The notes: generated by a model not told the origin, from the letters alone. Positions 11,066-23,470 are shown, counted from the stretch's first letter. The stretch: 64,000 nucleotides of DNA from Thecamonas trahens ATCC 50062 (GCF_000142905.1 NW_013657628.1:1-64000), one strand, 5' to 3'. Made by a program: numbers and translations.

Positions 11066-13043
11066 GCCAGAAAGATCCAGGTAACACTGCCAACAGACGA
11101 GCCCATATCCTTTTACGCGACGTCTTGAACGGCCTCGGCCTCGGCCTCTTCCTCTCCTCCCCCTCGCTGCTCTGCCCGGCTCTGGCCGAGGCCTCATCAA
11201 AGAGGCCCATTCCCAGAGTCGGCGCAACAGGCACGGGGCTGGCGCGGTCGTCGGCAGGCAAAGCCACCGGAGTGGCCGGCGGCGTGGCTGTGATCGAGCT
11301 GACAGAGGTGTCGAGGTTGAGTGGGAGCGGGCCGCCGCGGACAGTGGCCGACCACTCGCCTGACGAGCCTGGCGAGAGCGCGGTCGAGGTGCTGGGGTTG
11401 GGGCTGGGGCTGGAACTCGGGCTAAAGCCAAGGCTGGGGCCAGGGCGAGCCTGGAGCGAGCTGCCCGGCCCGGCAGCGGGCGTGTAGAACTGCTCGGGAT
11501 TGTCGACGACGCCCGGCGGCGACGTGCCCTCAAACGTGTTGCACTCGTAGAAGAGCGCCGATGAGTGGCGCGAGAGCGTCGAGCCGTACTCATCGGCTTC
11601 GTCGTCTGGGACGTCGTTGGTATCATCATTGACACCTCCACCGGCACCAGCGGGCGCGACGGCACCTGTGCAGCCGCGGGGCGGAGTGGCGAGGCTGGCA
11701 GCAGTCGCGTCGGGACTCAGCTCGAGGCCTAGCGAGGCGAGGTACATGTCGAGCGAGGCGGCAACCGTGAGGGCACGGAGTTCATCCGCAGCGTAGCGGA
11801 GTATGACGAGCTCACCATCGGCAGAGACGGCGATGAGCGCGGTCGGCCCGAGGGCGTGGAGTGAGGCAACGGCGGAGCCAAAGATGTGCAGCTCGCCGAG
11901 GACAATGGGCTCGGCCTTGTTGGGTGCCGCCGCGTCGGCAAAGTCAAAGCCGTACGGCGCGCGAGGCGACTCGGCGCTGCGAGCATCGCCCCAGACCTTG
12001 AGCGAGCCGTCGACAGCACCGGTCAGAACACGCGCCCCGTTCTCCAGTGGGAGCACGGCCGTGACCGGCGCGGCGTGAGCGGCCGGGACCGAGACGACAA
12101 ACAGGCCCGACGCGGCGTCGGCAATGACAAAGCCCGCGCCGAGGCCGGCGACAAGGAGAGGCGCCGCAGTGCGGGCGTCGAGCGCCACAGGCGAGACTAG
12201 CCGCAGCGGTGCCGACGACGACGCCACGGCCGCCAGCGCCTTGCCAAAGGCGTCGACCGGGAGCGGGACCGAGCCGAGTGGCTCCATCTTGGGCGCGGAC
12301 CAGAGTACAATCTTGCCAAAGACATCCACCGAGACAAGGTGGTCCGGTGAGACAACAACAAGGGCATCGACCGCCGCCGCTGCCGACGCGCCCGAGCCGA
12401 GTGTCTCGAGCCGGAGCTCGCGGAGATGGACAAGCGTGAGGCCCGGGAGCTCGGTGGCAAAGACGAGGATGTCGCTGTCCGGGAGAAAGACGTGCGCGGT
12501 GATGGCAGCAGCGTCCGGCCTGCGGATGAGCTCTGCGCGCTCGACGCCGACGAGCCAGGCGTAGAGCGAGGCGTCGCCTGCGGCGGCTGAGACAAGGCGG
12601 ACCGGCTCGGCTGCCGGCCCGGGCGCGGCCACGAGCGAAAGCGGGCCCATGTGGGCGTCGATGGAGCGGAGACACATCAGCGACGGCAGCGTCCAGACCT
12701 TAATCACGCCACACGCGTCACCCGAGACGGCCTTGGCGTGCGGGACAAAGGCGAGCGAGGTCGGCAGCTCGCCGTGGCCATGGGCGTGACTGGCGGTCGC
12801 GAGCAGAGCGCCTGTCGCCGCGCACCAGCAGAGCAACGAGCCGTGCGCGTCGACAGCGAGGATGTAGTGCGGCAGAGCAGGTGTTACCACCACCAGCGGT
12901 GCGCCGGGCGTAGCGCACACCGTCGCCGTCGTCAGTGCGTTGGGCATTTCCGTCACAGCGCCCGAGACAGAGACCGGCACACCCCGGCTCCGCGGCCGCC
13001 CGCGCATCCTCGACGTGAGCAGCGACTTGAGTCGAGCAAACAT
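10983..13043 (-). CDS. WD40-repeat protein with low-complexity C-terminal tail
   Basis: WD-like repeats AVSGDACGVIKVW, AHMGP, LVSVDVFGKIVLW, AHAAPVTAV...LTGAVDGSLKVW. The 3' end overlaps AKR7 antisense by 83 nt. Confidence 0.7.
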   Translation of the reverse strand: MFARLKSLLTSRMRGRPRSRGVPVSVSGAVTEMPNALTTATVCATPGAPLVVVTPALPHYILAVDAHGSLLCWCAATGALLATASHAHGHGELPTSLAFVPHAKAVSGDACGVIKVWTLPSLMCLRSIDAHMGPLSLVAAPGPAAEPVRLVSAAAGDASLYAWLVGVERAELIRRPDAAAITAHVFLPDSDILVFATELPGLTLVHLRELRLETLGSGASAAAAVDALVVVSPDHLVSVDVFGKIVLWSAPKMEPLGSVPLPVDAFGKALAAVASSSAPLRLVSPVALDARTAAPLLVAGLGAGFVIADAASGLFVVSVPAAHAAPVTAVLPLENGARVLTGAVDGSLKVWGDARSAESPRAPYGFDFADAAAPNKAEPIVLGELHIFGSAVASLHALGPTALIAVSADGELVILRYAADELRALTVAASLDMYLASLGLELSPDATAASLATPPRGCTGAVAPAGAGGGVNDDTNDVPDDEADEYGSTLSRHSSALFYECNTFEGTSPPGVVDNPEQFYTPAAGPGSSLQARPGPSLGFSPSSSPSPNPSTSTALSPGSSGEWSATVRGGPLPLNLDTSVSSITATPPATPVALPADDRASPVPVAPTLGMGLFDEASARAGQSSEGEERKRPRPRPFKTSRKRIWARLLAVLPGSFWLKRRRRSSSAPESTAGRRWWWPRQRCR

Positions 13044-13664
13044 GGCCGAGGCAATGTCCCCTTGTGTGTGCGTATGTGTATGGGTGGCAGGGTGGAGTGG
13101 TGTTGGGCAGAGTGGTCGTGCGTCGTCGTCGTCGTCGTCGTGTCATGCGCCCCCTTCTTGCGAAGTCCCGCGGACAGACTGACCTGGCTCCTGCCCGGCT
13201 GACCATTTAAACGATGCCATGGCCGATGTCTAGCTTCTCTTCCACCCATACTCTTGTTGTCGCTCGCAACGTGTGCTGCGCCGTCTCCTCAGTCAGCGAT
13301 GACCTAGATACACCGACTCGCACCTATCTTTGAGTGCAGAGCATACTTCTCATGCCGGTTCGCGAGCTGTCTGCTAGGCAGACCACAGTAATCGAGCTAT
13401 GCCTCCCCTCCTCCCTCCCCTCCTTCCCATTTCCTCTCCCCCCCATGTGCAGGATCGGACCACCCAGGCACGGATAGCCAGCGATGCAAGCCAAGACCAG
13501 TTTGTTCTTGGCCATGGTGTGGCGAGAGCAGCCAGCTTTACATACGATGGATGGTCGTGGCGTAGCCATGGTGCTGGCTCCGGGGCCTGGCCATTAATCG
13601 AAAAACTCTCATTGGCATTAATGGTTCTGCTGCCTCCGCCAGTGACACTCCTCCCGTCAAACCA

Positions 13665-15729
13665 ATGTCGTCTGCTGGAGCGAGCTCACGTCGCAGCCGC
13701 GAGCGGAGCACCTCGCGGTCCCGCTCTGCCTCACCAAAGCTTGCAGCCATTGTCGACCGGTATGACATTCCCGAAGACACCGCTGTTCGCATGTGCACCG
13801 TCGTCCCTGCCCCCCGCCGCCCGGCCATGTCCGCCGACGAGCTCTTCTCGGGCCCTGGCGGCGACGTGAACACCGACCTGCTCCTGCAGCACCTCCGGGT
13901 ACGCACACACACACACACACACACACACATTCCGGGCCCACCACACCGGCCACACCACACCGGAGACACTATGCCCCCCCCCCCCCCCCTCCTCCCTCCC
14001 TCCCTCCCTCCCACCCACCACCTCTGCNNNNNNNNNNNNNNNNNNNNNNNNNNNNNNNNNNNNNNNNNNNNNNNNNNNNNNNNNNNNNNNNNNNNNNNNN
14101 NNNNNNNNNNNNNNNNNNNNNNNNNNNGAGGATCTAGGTGCTGAGAGCGCCCCCCTTCCCCTCCCCCTACCCCTACCCCTCCCCTCCCCCCCCCCCTCCC
14201 CCTACCCTCCCTTACCCCCCTCCCCTCACCCATTGTCCACACACAGACCGAGGGACGCCTCTCGCTAGAGGCTGCGTCGCAACTGCTGGAGACGGCGCGC
14301 GAGGTGCTTTCGCGTGAGCCCAACTGCGTGCCACTGGAGGCACCCATGCACATTGTGGGCGATATCCATGGCCAGTTCTACGACCTGCTGCACATGTTCG
14401 ACTCGCTTGGCCTGCCGCCGAAGCGCAAGTATCTGTTCCTTGGCGACTACGTCGATCGCGGCATCTACTCGACAGAGGTCGCCATCCTCCTCCTCGGCCT
14501 CAAGATCCGCTACCCGGAGCATGTCACCCTCATCCGCGGCAACCACGAGTCGCGCGCCATGGCCGCCTACCACTCGATGAAGACCGAGACGTTGTACAAG
14601 TACTCGGAGACGACGTACAACGAGTTTATGGAGGCTTTTGACGCGCTCCCCGTCGCTGCAACCGTCGCCGGCCCCGCCGGCACCTTTCTCTGCGTCCACG
14701 GCGGCCTCTCGCCGGCCGTCAACACCATCGAAGCCATCAATGCCCTGGCTCGTTTTGGCGAGGTCCCGGCCTCGGGTCCGCTGTGCGACCTGATGTGGTC
14801 CGACCCGGTCCCGGACGCCACCGCCACCGGCCTCTCGGGCTCGCAGCTCCGCCAGTGGAAGGAGATCACCTTTGAGTTCAACGAGCAGCGCGGGTGCTCG
14901 TACCGCTACGGCCGTCGCGCCGTTCGCGACTTTCTCACCGCCAACGGTCTCGTCGGTATCATCCGCGCCCACGAGGTCCAGGAGAACGGCTACAATGAGC
15001 ATCGCTTCCGCGAGGAGGCCGAGGACGACCCGCTCTCGCCTTTCCCGCTCGTCACCACCGTCTTCTCCGCCCCCAACTACTGCGAGATGTACGACAACTC
15101 GGCCGCTGTCGCCCTCTACGACGGCACCACCCTCGAGTTTGTCTCGTACGAGTGCGTCGAGCATCCCTTTGGCCTCCCCGACTACATGGACTCGCTCAAC
15201 TGGTCGCTGCCGTACGTCATGGAAAAGGTCACCCAGTTCTTTGCCGTCTCGCTCAAGCTCATCGAGGGCGACTCGGACTCGGACTCGGACGACGACGAGC
15301 CCATGCAGACCGACGCCGGCCCGGCCAGCCCAGTCTCGCGCAAGGCCTCTGCAAAGGCCCTCCGGGACGCCGCCCGCGCCGCCGCCGCCCGCAAGCGCGC
15401 CAACCAAAAGGCCGCCGCAGAGGCGCCCGAGCCCGCAACCGCTCCCGACACTGCAGCCTCGGAGCCTCCGGCCTCTTCGGCTGCTGCCTCGGCTGCTGGC
15501 ACTCCGGGCTCCTCTGCAGACGACGCGTCCGCGCCCGAGGGCGACGACGCTGCTGCCTTCCGCTCCCGCACCTCGCGCGTCCGCACCCGCAAGCGCCCGG
15601 CCATGCGCCAGCGCTCCTCGTCCAACATCTGTAACGAGACCATTCGCACCCGCCGTGCCTCGATGAACACGCTCCTGCGCCGTGCAGAGAAGCTCCGCGA
15701 GCGCAACATGCGCCTCCTCGTCGCCGCCA

Positions 15730-15760
<31 letters not shown>

Positions 15761-15854
15761 TGCAGATGACACTCTCTCGCGCTTTGAACGTGCACTCCGC
15801 AAGGACTCGAAGCGCGAGTACCTCCGCCCGCTGCAGCGCCACTACACTATGTAA
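13665..15854 (+). CDS. PPP3C: Calcineurin A-like (PP2B) Ser/Thr phosphatase, 2 exons
   Basis: Exon 1 13665-13898, donor GTACGC at 13899, acceptor ACACAG ending 14246, exon 2 14247-15854 (HLR|TEGRL). PPP motifs GDIHGQ, GDYVDRG, RGNHE, HGGLSP, RAHE, SAPNY. CnB-binding LPDYMDSLNWSLPYVMEKV. Autoinhibitory-like FERALRKDSKRE. Confidence 0.9.
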
Positions 15855-15896
15855 AGCACGCTCTGCGCCCGGCAACCCGCCCCCGCTCTTTACTAC

Positions 15897-17705
15897 TTAC
15901 TGTCCCCGCCGCAGGATCGACGCCCGCGAGTCGGGCTTGGTCGGCGGATGCGAGGCCCGGACCGTCGTCTTGCGCTTCTTGAACTTCCCGCCCTTCCCGC
16001 CGCCCTTCCCGCCGCCCTTCCCGCCGCCGGTGTTTCCACCCGCATTCGCGCTCTCGCCGTCGGGCTCCTCGGGGCCGAGCAGGTCGCGGATGCGGGCATC
16101 GACGCCGTCGCGCTTGCGCTTCCGCGACCACTCCGAGTGCGCGGCAAGAACAACAGGGTAACGTGAGGGAAGAAGGTACGGCGGACGGACAATGGTGATG
16201 CCGGTCGGCGGGTCGGTCGGCGCCTGCTTCCGGCTCACCTCGCGGACGCCGCTGCCGACGGTCTCGGCCGACTCGAGGGTGAACGCGCCTTTGCGGAGGT
16301 CAAAGAGGAGCTCACGCGAGGCGACAGGCAGCGCTGGCGCTGCCGTAGAAGACGGCGGCGCAGAGGAGGTGCTCGCCGCCGGCCGCGCTGTGGCAGCTGG
16401 CGGCGGCGGTGGGCGCCCGGTGTGGACCAGCGCCCCTGCAGGGCCGCGGATAACCGGACCAGAGACGTCAAAGTAGAGCCTCGCTGCTGTAGCCTGCGCA
16501 TCGGCGGCGCGTGCCGCCGGCGCCAGCGGGCTCGGGTACTCTCCGAGAGGGAGGGTGAGCGTGATGTGTGCGATGGCGTCAAGGAGCGAGCCGCGGATGG
16601 CCACGCCGTGCTGCCGGAGGACGGCGCAGATGGCCGTCGCCGCCGTCCACCGCGCCTTAGCCTCAGCAGCCTTGGCGGCCTTGGACGGGCGCCCGCGTTT
16701 GCGCTTGATGGGGTCCGGGTTGAGGACTCGCGCCACCGCCGCCGCCAGCTTGCTGCCGACCAGCCGCGGCGCCATCTCCATCAGCGCCTTGGCGCCCTTC
16801 TCCTCACCGTTGGTCACTGCCTTGCCGAGCGTCTCGGCATCAACAACCACGCCCGGCGGACCGAGGCCGGCGATAGAGAGCGGCTCGGCGCTTCGCCGCG
16901 CCGCTGCCGCCGCCGTCGGCCCGGACTTGACCACGCCGCCAGCCGGCGACGGGACTGTCGGCGAGTCAGGCACTCGCTGCGCCGCCGCGGGCGTGCCCGA
17001 GTATGTGCCCCCACCAGCGCCATACGCACCGGCAGCAGCAGCAACAGCAGTGCCACTAGAGCCGGCCGCCGCCGACGACGTCATCGTCGGCGGCGGCGGG
17101 AGCGGAAAGATCTCCTCGGGCGTGGCGAGGCGGAACATGGTGGGTGAGGAGAATCCGTCGACCTTGCGGAACAGATCCCGCCCGGCGACCTTTGTGTATG
17201 CCAGCACGTCGGCGACCGAGGCGGTGAGAGCGGCGAGTGAGGGGTAGGCGGCCTTGTTTCCCCGCTTGCCCGAGTAGATGGGGAAGCGGTCACTCAGGCG
17301 CTTTGCCACATCCATCGAGGTGGCATGGCCCTCGGCGAGCAGCGCCGCGGTGACTCGAGGCAGAGCCGCCGGAGCATTTCTCGGCTCTGTGGTATCGGCA
17401 AGGACAGAGCGGAGGGTACACGCCGGGCACGACCAGGTATCTGCCGCCATAGACGAGTTGGGCAGGAGCGAGTTGAGAAGCGGGAGGACGTGTGTGGCGA
17501 GGCATCCTGGATGGTATGCCCGTGGGCATCGTGAGCATGGGAGCCAATGAAGGGGGCACTGCAGATCATTGCCTTTGCCCGACGGATGGTGCGGCGGTGG
17601 TGAGCTCGACGCCCGAGTGCAGAGGGTGCAGTTCCCGCTGTGCCAGAGGCTGCCACGGACGAGGTACGCCTCGTACGTTGATGACGGGCGGGAGAGCCAT
17701 GACAT
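15897..17705 (-). CDS. PHD-finger and AT-hook chromatin protein
   Basis: C4HC3 PHD: CTLC...CSRCPRAYHPGC...WSCPAC. AT-hook KRKRGRPSK. Basic NLS-like tail. Start at MSWLSR (17705) is inferred. Confidence 0.7.
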   Translation of the reverse strand: MSWLSRPSSTYEAYLVRGSLWHSGNCTLCTRASSSPPPHHPSGKGNDLQCPLHWLPCSRCPRAYHPGCLATHVLPLLNSLLPNSSMAADTWSCPACTLRSVLADTTEPRNAPAALPRVTAALLAEGHATSMDVAKRLSDRFPIYSGKRGNKAAYPSLAALTASVADVLAYTKVAGRDLFRKVDGFSSPTMFRLATPEEIFPLPPPPTMTSSAAAGSSGTAVAAAAGAYGAGGGTYSGTPAAAQRVPDSPTVPSPAGGVVKSGPTAAAAARRSAEPLSIAGLGPPGVVVDAETLGKAVTNGEEKGAKALMEMAPRLVGSKLAAAVARVLNPDPIKRKRGRPSKAAKAAEAKARWTAATAICAVLRQHGVAIRGSLLDAIAHITLTLPLGEYPSPLAPAARAADAQATAARLYFDVSGPVIRGPAGALVHTGRPPPPPAATARPAASTSSAPPSSTAAPALPVASRELLFDLRKGAFTLESAETVGSGVREVSRKQAPTDPPTGITIVRPPYLLPSRYPVVLAAHSEWSRKRKRDGVDARIRDLLGPEEPDGESANAGGNTGGGKGGGKGGGKGGKFKKRKTTVRASHPPTKPDSRASILRRGQ

Positions 17706-17726
17706 GGGTTGGCGTGCTGGGTGGCA

Positions 17727-17843
17727 GTGGTGGTGGTGGCGGTGGTGGTGGTGGTGGTGGTCGTGGTGGTGGTGGTGGTGGTGGTAGGGAGAGGGGGTGT
17801 GGGGAGAGGGGTGGTGGTGGTGGTGGTAGTGGTAGTGGTGGTG
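17727..17843. repeat. Imperfect (GGT)n/(CAC)n trinucleotide microsatellite
   Basis: Runs of GGT triplets directly upstream of the PHD gene start. Confidence 0.7.
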
Positions 17844-18915
17844 GCTGTCCCGCGTGATGGCCTCGCCTCGCCTCATTGGCGGCTGTGGTCCAGATTGGCC
17901 ACCACGGCAGAGCGCATGGCGAGTCTTTCGGCCATGGAGCAGCATGAGGAGGGATGATGAGACTAATCGGGGTGGGTGGGTGGGTGGGGGGGGGGGGGGA
18001 GGTAAGGGGAGATGAGGGCTATGTATGCTGGCGATGTCTCTGATCGGTGCACTGGCCTGCACTGGCCCGGACACGGTCTGGCTTGCATGCATCGTCCTCC
18101 TTACGGTCTCTGATTTATGTCATCGCAACACAGCCAGCCAGCTAACTCATTGATTAGCTTCCTTGGATGCACTCAGCCGAGCCTTGACCTTCTTTGCGCG
18201 CTCCATGCTCGCCTTCCGCCGCACATCGTTCTACTCTCGATCGCCATCAGTGCCTGCCAACATCGCCATCACCCCCCCCCTCCCCCNNNNNNNNNNNNNN
18301 NNNNNNNNNNNNNNNNNNNNNNNNNNNNNNNNNNNNNNNNNNNNNNNNNNNNNNNNNNNNNNNNNNNNNNNNNNNNNNNNNNNNNNNNNNNNNNNNNNNN
18401 NNNNNNNNNNNNNNNNNNNNNNNNNNNNNNNNNNNNNNNNNNNNNNNNNNNNNNNNCCTCCCAGCAAACTTGAGATACGGATGCGCCGCATGACACGCCT
18501 TGAGCGCCTCGACTGTCTCCGCATCGCCACCGCCATCACCAGCATCACCACGACCACAACCACGACCACAACCATAGCAGCCACGGCAACCAGCGCAACC
18601 ACGACAGCCACGACAACCACCACATACCATTCCCGTCCACAACCCCGCCAAATCCCATCGCAATCAGTCCCATGCCCCCGCCCACCCGCCCACCCCACTG
18701 ACGCGCTCCCCCCTCCCCTCCCCCAACCCCCCTCCCCGTACCCCTCCCCCCCCCCCCCCACTCCCCCCCACTCCCTCCAACCTCCAACCTCCTCTCGTAC
18801 CCTCATCCACACATGTCGGATGCACATTCGGCTCCAGACTCGAATGCATGGCTCGCCCCCCCTCCGCTCTGTCGAGTTGTGTCCCCGCCCGCCCCGCTAC
18901 CATCATGGACCTTGT

Positions 18916-21900
18916 TCACTTCTGCATCTTGAGCGACTCGACAAGCGAGGCGATGGGATCATCACCGGCGCCGATCTTGGCTCCGCGCTTCTTGCGTGAC
19001 TTCTTGCTCAACTCGGCGTCGTCGTCGTCGGCCTCCTTGGACTTGCCCTTCTTCTTCTTCTTCTTGCCCTTGCCGGCCGCCTTCTTGGCCCGCGCCGCCT
19101 CCTTGGCTGCCTTTTGCGCTGCCTTTTCGAGCTTGATGTACGCCTTCTTGAACTCTTCAGTAAAGGTGTGGACCGAGGCGAGCATCTCCTCGGGCTTGAC
19201 GTTGCCGACCTTGGCCTTGGGCACGCCGAGGAAGATGGCAACCTCCTTGAACTTCTCCTTGGCCTTCTCCACGTCCTGCGAGAGCTTCTCCATCAGCGCC
19301 GACGCGTCGTCGACAAACGCCGGAACACGCTCCACAAACGCGTCGTCTTCGTCCATTGCCTCGCACGCCTTGGCCGTGTCGTCAGCCACTTCGGCGACTT
19401 TGGCCTTGAGCGAGTTGACCATGCCCTCGAGCATCTGCAGCGGGTACTTCTTCGCCTCCTCCAGCGCAGAGAGCTCCTCCGGCAGCGACGCCGCCGACTG
19501 GTAGTCGCGCCGGATGAGCGACACGATGTAGTCGAGCACCGTCGACTTGTTGTCCATCGACTTGGTGTTGTACGTCATCTTGAGCGCCTCGAGGTCAAAG
19601 CCGTCAGCCTGTCCGCGCGACGTTGACCCGTTAAGGTAGTTGCCGACAGAGAGCACCACCGAGAGTGTCGTCGCAAACGCCGTCGACGACTCGAGCTGCG
19701 CCACTGCCTCGATGAACGTCTCCAGCGGCGGCTGCACGTCCGCCAGCTTCTCGTCAAACGAGAGCAGGAACAGGTGCCCGCTCAGCCGCTCCTGCACGTT
19801 GGGAATCGCCACAAAGTCGCGGATAAACTGCTCCGGCTTGTCCAGCGGAATCTCTGCGTCCGCAGGGTATGCGTTGATGGCGTGCACCTCCTCCGAAAAC
19901 GTCTCGTGCTCAAACGTGACCTTCATCAGCTGCGACGCCATTTCACGCGTCACCACCTTTTCGTCGAGCTCAACAATCGCCCGCCGCAGCTCGGAAATGG
20001 CCGGCAGTTTGGCGGAGAGGAAGAAGATCGCGTTCGACCGCTTGCCGTCGAGCATCTTCTGGAACTTGGGCTTGGCCTTCTCCACCTTGGGCGCCGCCGC
20101 AGCAGCAGCGTTCGCCTGCTTGCCAAACAGGCCTTCGATCTCGTCTGCGTCGAGCGGAATGTCCTCCATGTCCTCCCAGATCGTCGGCACAAACATCGGC
20201 GAGTGCGCCGGCTTCTTCTTCCACTTCTTCCAGAACAGCGGCCGCATCTTGACACGCGGCTTGATCTTCGGCCGGCCCATCTGCCGCGGCGCCATCATGC
20301 CTGGCGGCGGCGGCGGGCCTCCTCCGGGCGGCGGCGGCGGCGGCGGCGGGCCTCCCGGCCCTCCCCCCGGTGGCGGCGGCGGCGGCGGCGGGCCGCCTCC
20401 CGGCGGCGGCGGCGGCGGCGGCGGCCCTCCTCCAGGCATCGGCGGCGGCGGCGGCGGCGGCCCTCCTCCGGGCATCGGCGGCGGCGGCGGCGGCGGACCG
20501 CCTCCGGGCATCGACGGCGGCGGCGGCGGTGGCGCTCCTCCGGGCATCGGCGGCGGCGGCGGCGCGGCAGTATTGGGCGGCGGTGGCGCAGACGGCGCGC
20601 CTCCACCTCCGCCGCCTCCGCTTGCCTTGGCCGCCTCAAGATCCTTCTTCAGCTGGGCAATCTCCTTGTCCTTGGCCTCGATCTTCTTCTGCAGCAGCGC
20701 AGACTGCGCTTTCTCCTTCTCCAGCGCCTGGTCGAGCTCCGACGAGCCCGACGCCGACGGCTCGTCCGGCGGCGGAAGCGGCGGCAGCTCTGCTGCGGCC
20801 TTGATGGCCTCCTCGGCCTCGGCCTTGGCCTTGGTCACCTCTTCGCGCGCGGCCGCAACAGCCGCATCGGCCGTCGCCTTGGCTGCCTCCAGCCCAGCAA
20901 TCGTCGTCCCGCACTCGGCGTGCTGCTCCTCCAGGCTCCGCAGCTCGGCCTTGGCGCCCGACAGCGCCCCGGTCAGCCGCTCCACGTCCAGCTTGCGATC
21001 GTCGAGCGCCGCGTTGAGCGTTGCAATCTCGCGGAGCAGCGTAGCCTCGTCCTCAGTCTTATACTCCATCAGGTTGGTGATCCCGTTCTCGGCAGACACC
21101 TCCTGAACCTTGGCAAAGTCCGCGAGCTTGGCGAGCGACTGCGACGAGAGTGCCTCCTGCACCACCGTCTGCGCACGGTTGAGTCGGTGATGGAGGACAC
21201 GCACAAGCGGCTCGCGCGACTTGAACTGCTCCAGCTGCGTCTCGGCGTCGCGAACGCGGTTCATGAGCCGGATCATCTTGGGGAAAATCGGAATGCCTGT
21301 CAGGTCCTGGTACCGCTCGCTTTGCACTCGCCACGACTTGAATCGCACCTGCTCAGCCTGCTTGGCCAGCTCCTTGGACGCGCCAAACACCTCCAGCTTC
21401 TCCACCAGCTCGGCCCGCTCCTCCTCGCTCGGCGCAAGCGAGAGCATCGTGTTGATCAGCATCAGCGCATTGATGTTTGTCTCCACATCGCCGGGCTGCA
21501 GAAACTCAGCGAGGCACTTGTACGGCACAGAGTTGGACCGCTCTGCTGCAGTCACCGCCGCCCGCGTAATGAGCTCAAAGCCGTCGAGCCCAAAGTTGGA
21601 CGCCGTTGCCGTGAGCACAATGAGCAGCGCCAGCGCAGACCGTGGCACCGTGATCGACGACTCCTCCGAAAAGTCCTGCTCCACGAGCTCAAAAAGCTGC
21701 GTCACTAGCGCAGGATCGTCAAACACCTCCTTGATTCCGGTGACGTAGCCCATAGCCGCGCGAAGTGCGTTGAGCGCGTACGACTGCGTGTTGCCGTCCG
21801 TCGCAGACACAATGTTCATGAGCGCCGTCATGCCGCCCAGGTTGATAAACTCGTCCGCAAAGTCGCCGTCAGCCAGCTTGCCCTTGAGCTGGAAGACCGC

Positions 21901-22740
21901 CATCTTGAGCTCGCGCGACGCTTCGGGTGAGCTGTCGTCCAGCAGCGCCGGATCAGAGAGTCGCTCGTACTCGCGCGCTGCCCGGATGTCCGGGTGCGTC
22001 ACCACAAGCAAGTGCGCCGAGTCGAACTTTTGGCACAGGCTCCGGTACACGCCCTCAAACCCGGGCTCGGAGAGGTACTCGTTGACCTCCTCCACAAGCA
22101 GCGCCGCTTGCGACGCCTCATGCGGGGCTCCCACAAGATCAATCACCGCCTGGATCTGCTCCTCCGTCGGGAGGTTGATGTCAAAGTCGTACTCGACTGG
22201 CGTTGACGGCGAGCCCGACGCCCCGTCCACGTCAGCCTTCCATGATGCGAGCAGCGTCACTCGGTCCGGATGCGCCGAAATTGGGAGCTCGTTGAGCGCA
22301 AAGCCTGCAGAGCCGGCCACGTCGTCAACCTCCTCCGCTCCCATGCCGTCATCCGAGTCTTTGCCGCCAGGTTTTTCGTCGCGCGCCTCAGTCAGCGCCG
22401 CAATCCACGCCTGCGCGTCTTTGGCCTTGGCCGTGAGAAAGACAGCCTTGGAGCCGAGCTTGAAGCCAAACTTCTTCTTGGCCGAGAGCAGCTCAAACGG
22501 TGTTGATCGCAGATCGTACTCTTCCTGCGCCGCATCGTCGTGCGACGACTTGAACACGTAAAACGTCCGCGAGTCCGCCACCACATACACCTTTTTCGCA
22601 GAGTGCAGCATCGACTTTGGCTTCACCACGTACCCCGCCTTTGTTGGCGAGGTGAACGAGTCCGCCGCGGGCTGACCTCACATCCAACACAAACGAGTGA
22701 ACGAACGAGTGTGAGTGAGTGAGACAGAGACCAATACCAT
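18916..22740 (-). CDS. Formin: N-terminal PH domain, FHOD-type GBD/FH3, coiled coil, FH1, FH2
   Basis: PH (KAGYVVK...FYVFKS...DAQAWIAAL). FHOD-like FADEFINLGGMTALM..NTQSYALNAL. Poly-Pro FH1 at about 20300-20590. FH2 (MRPLFWKK, LDGKRSNAI, GNYLNG...QADGF). Predicted first exon is the ATG alone (22740-22738), intron 22737-22672, main exon 22671-18916. Confidence 0.92.
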
Positions 22741-23155
22741 CTTCAGACTCCACAACGTGGCGATGGTACTGAGGAGGGGGACGACAAGCTATGGCCCATC
22801 CATCACAGCTAGACATGTCCATGGCCATCAATCACAGCAGCGGTGATCGATCACCACAGTGTTCGATCACGAGTGGTGGCGTGGTGGAGGAGGGGAAGAG
22901 ATAGCTGGAAGGACGAGGTAGGGTACAGGCAAGCAGACAAGAGTGTTGGGTGATGATACTGCAGCTTGTCCTGCCACCTTCCTCCCCCTTCCCCCTCCCA
23001 CCCCCCCCNNNNNNNNNNNNNNNNNNNNNNNNNNNNNNNNNNNNNNNNNNNNNNNNNNNNNNNNNNNNNNNNNNNNNNNNNNNNNNNNNNNNNNNNNNNN
23101 NNNNNNNNCCCCCCCCTTGCCACGAATATATAATCACAACCAAACCGTCTCGAAG

Positions 23156-23157
23156 TA

Positions 23158-23213
<56 letters not shown>
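23156..23213. repeat. (TA)n microsatellite
   Basis: About 29 TA units with one CA interruption, the only long AT-only tract in the window. Confidence 0.95.
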
Positions 23214-23216
<3 letters not shown>

Positions 23217-23470
23217 GGGGAGAGGGGGGGGGGGGGGGGGGCACTGCTTCTCACTTTGCTGGTGGGATAGTATGCGTACCATGGTCGGGCGCGGGTGTGC
23301 TCGGGTGAAGAGGACTGACTGGCGAGGCCGTGGCAGAGACTTCTGCCAATTGCGCACGAGCGGAAGAATCGACCACAGCGAACAAAGCGAGCAATGCTTC
23401 CACAACTGATTGTCGCCTGACGTACTTACCCATGTGGGGCAGGGTGATCACGTTTACCAACGCTCGTTTA

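Noticed and set aside
17706-18092. His-rich N-terminal extension of the PHD protein
   Set aside because: It derives from (CAC)n and poly-C low-complexity sequence typical of UTR/intergenic DNA here, so it is unsupported as coding.
19640-21708. Long antisense ORFs (488 and 644 aa) opposite the formin, and similar ones at 14265-15875, 44675-46648, 54434-56398 and 61431-62969
   Set aside because: These are expected shadow ORFs of high-GC3 coding sequence, with no recognisable domains.
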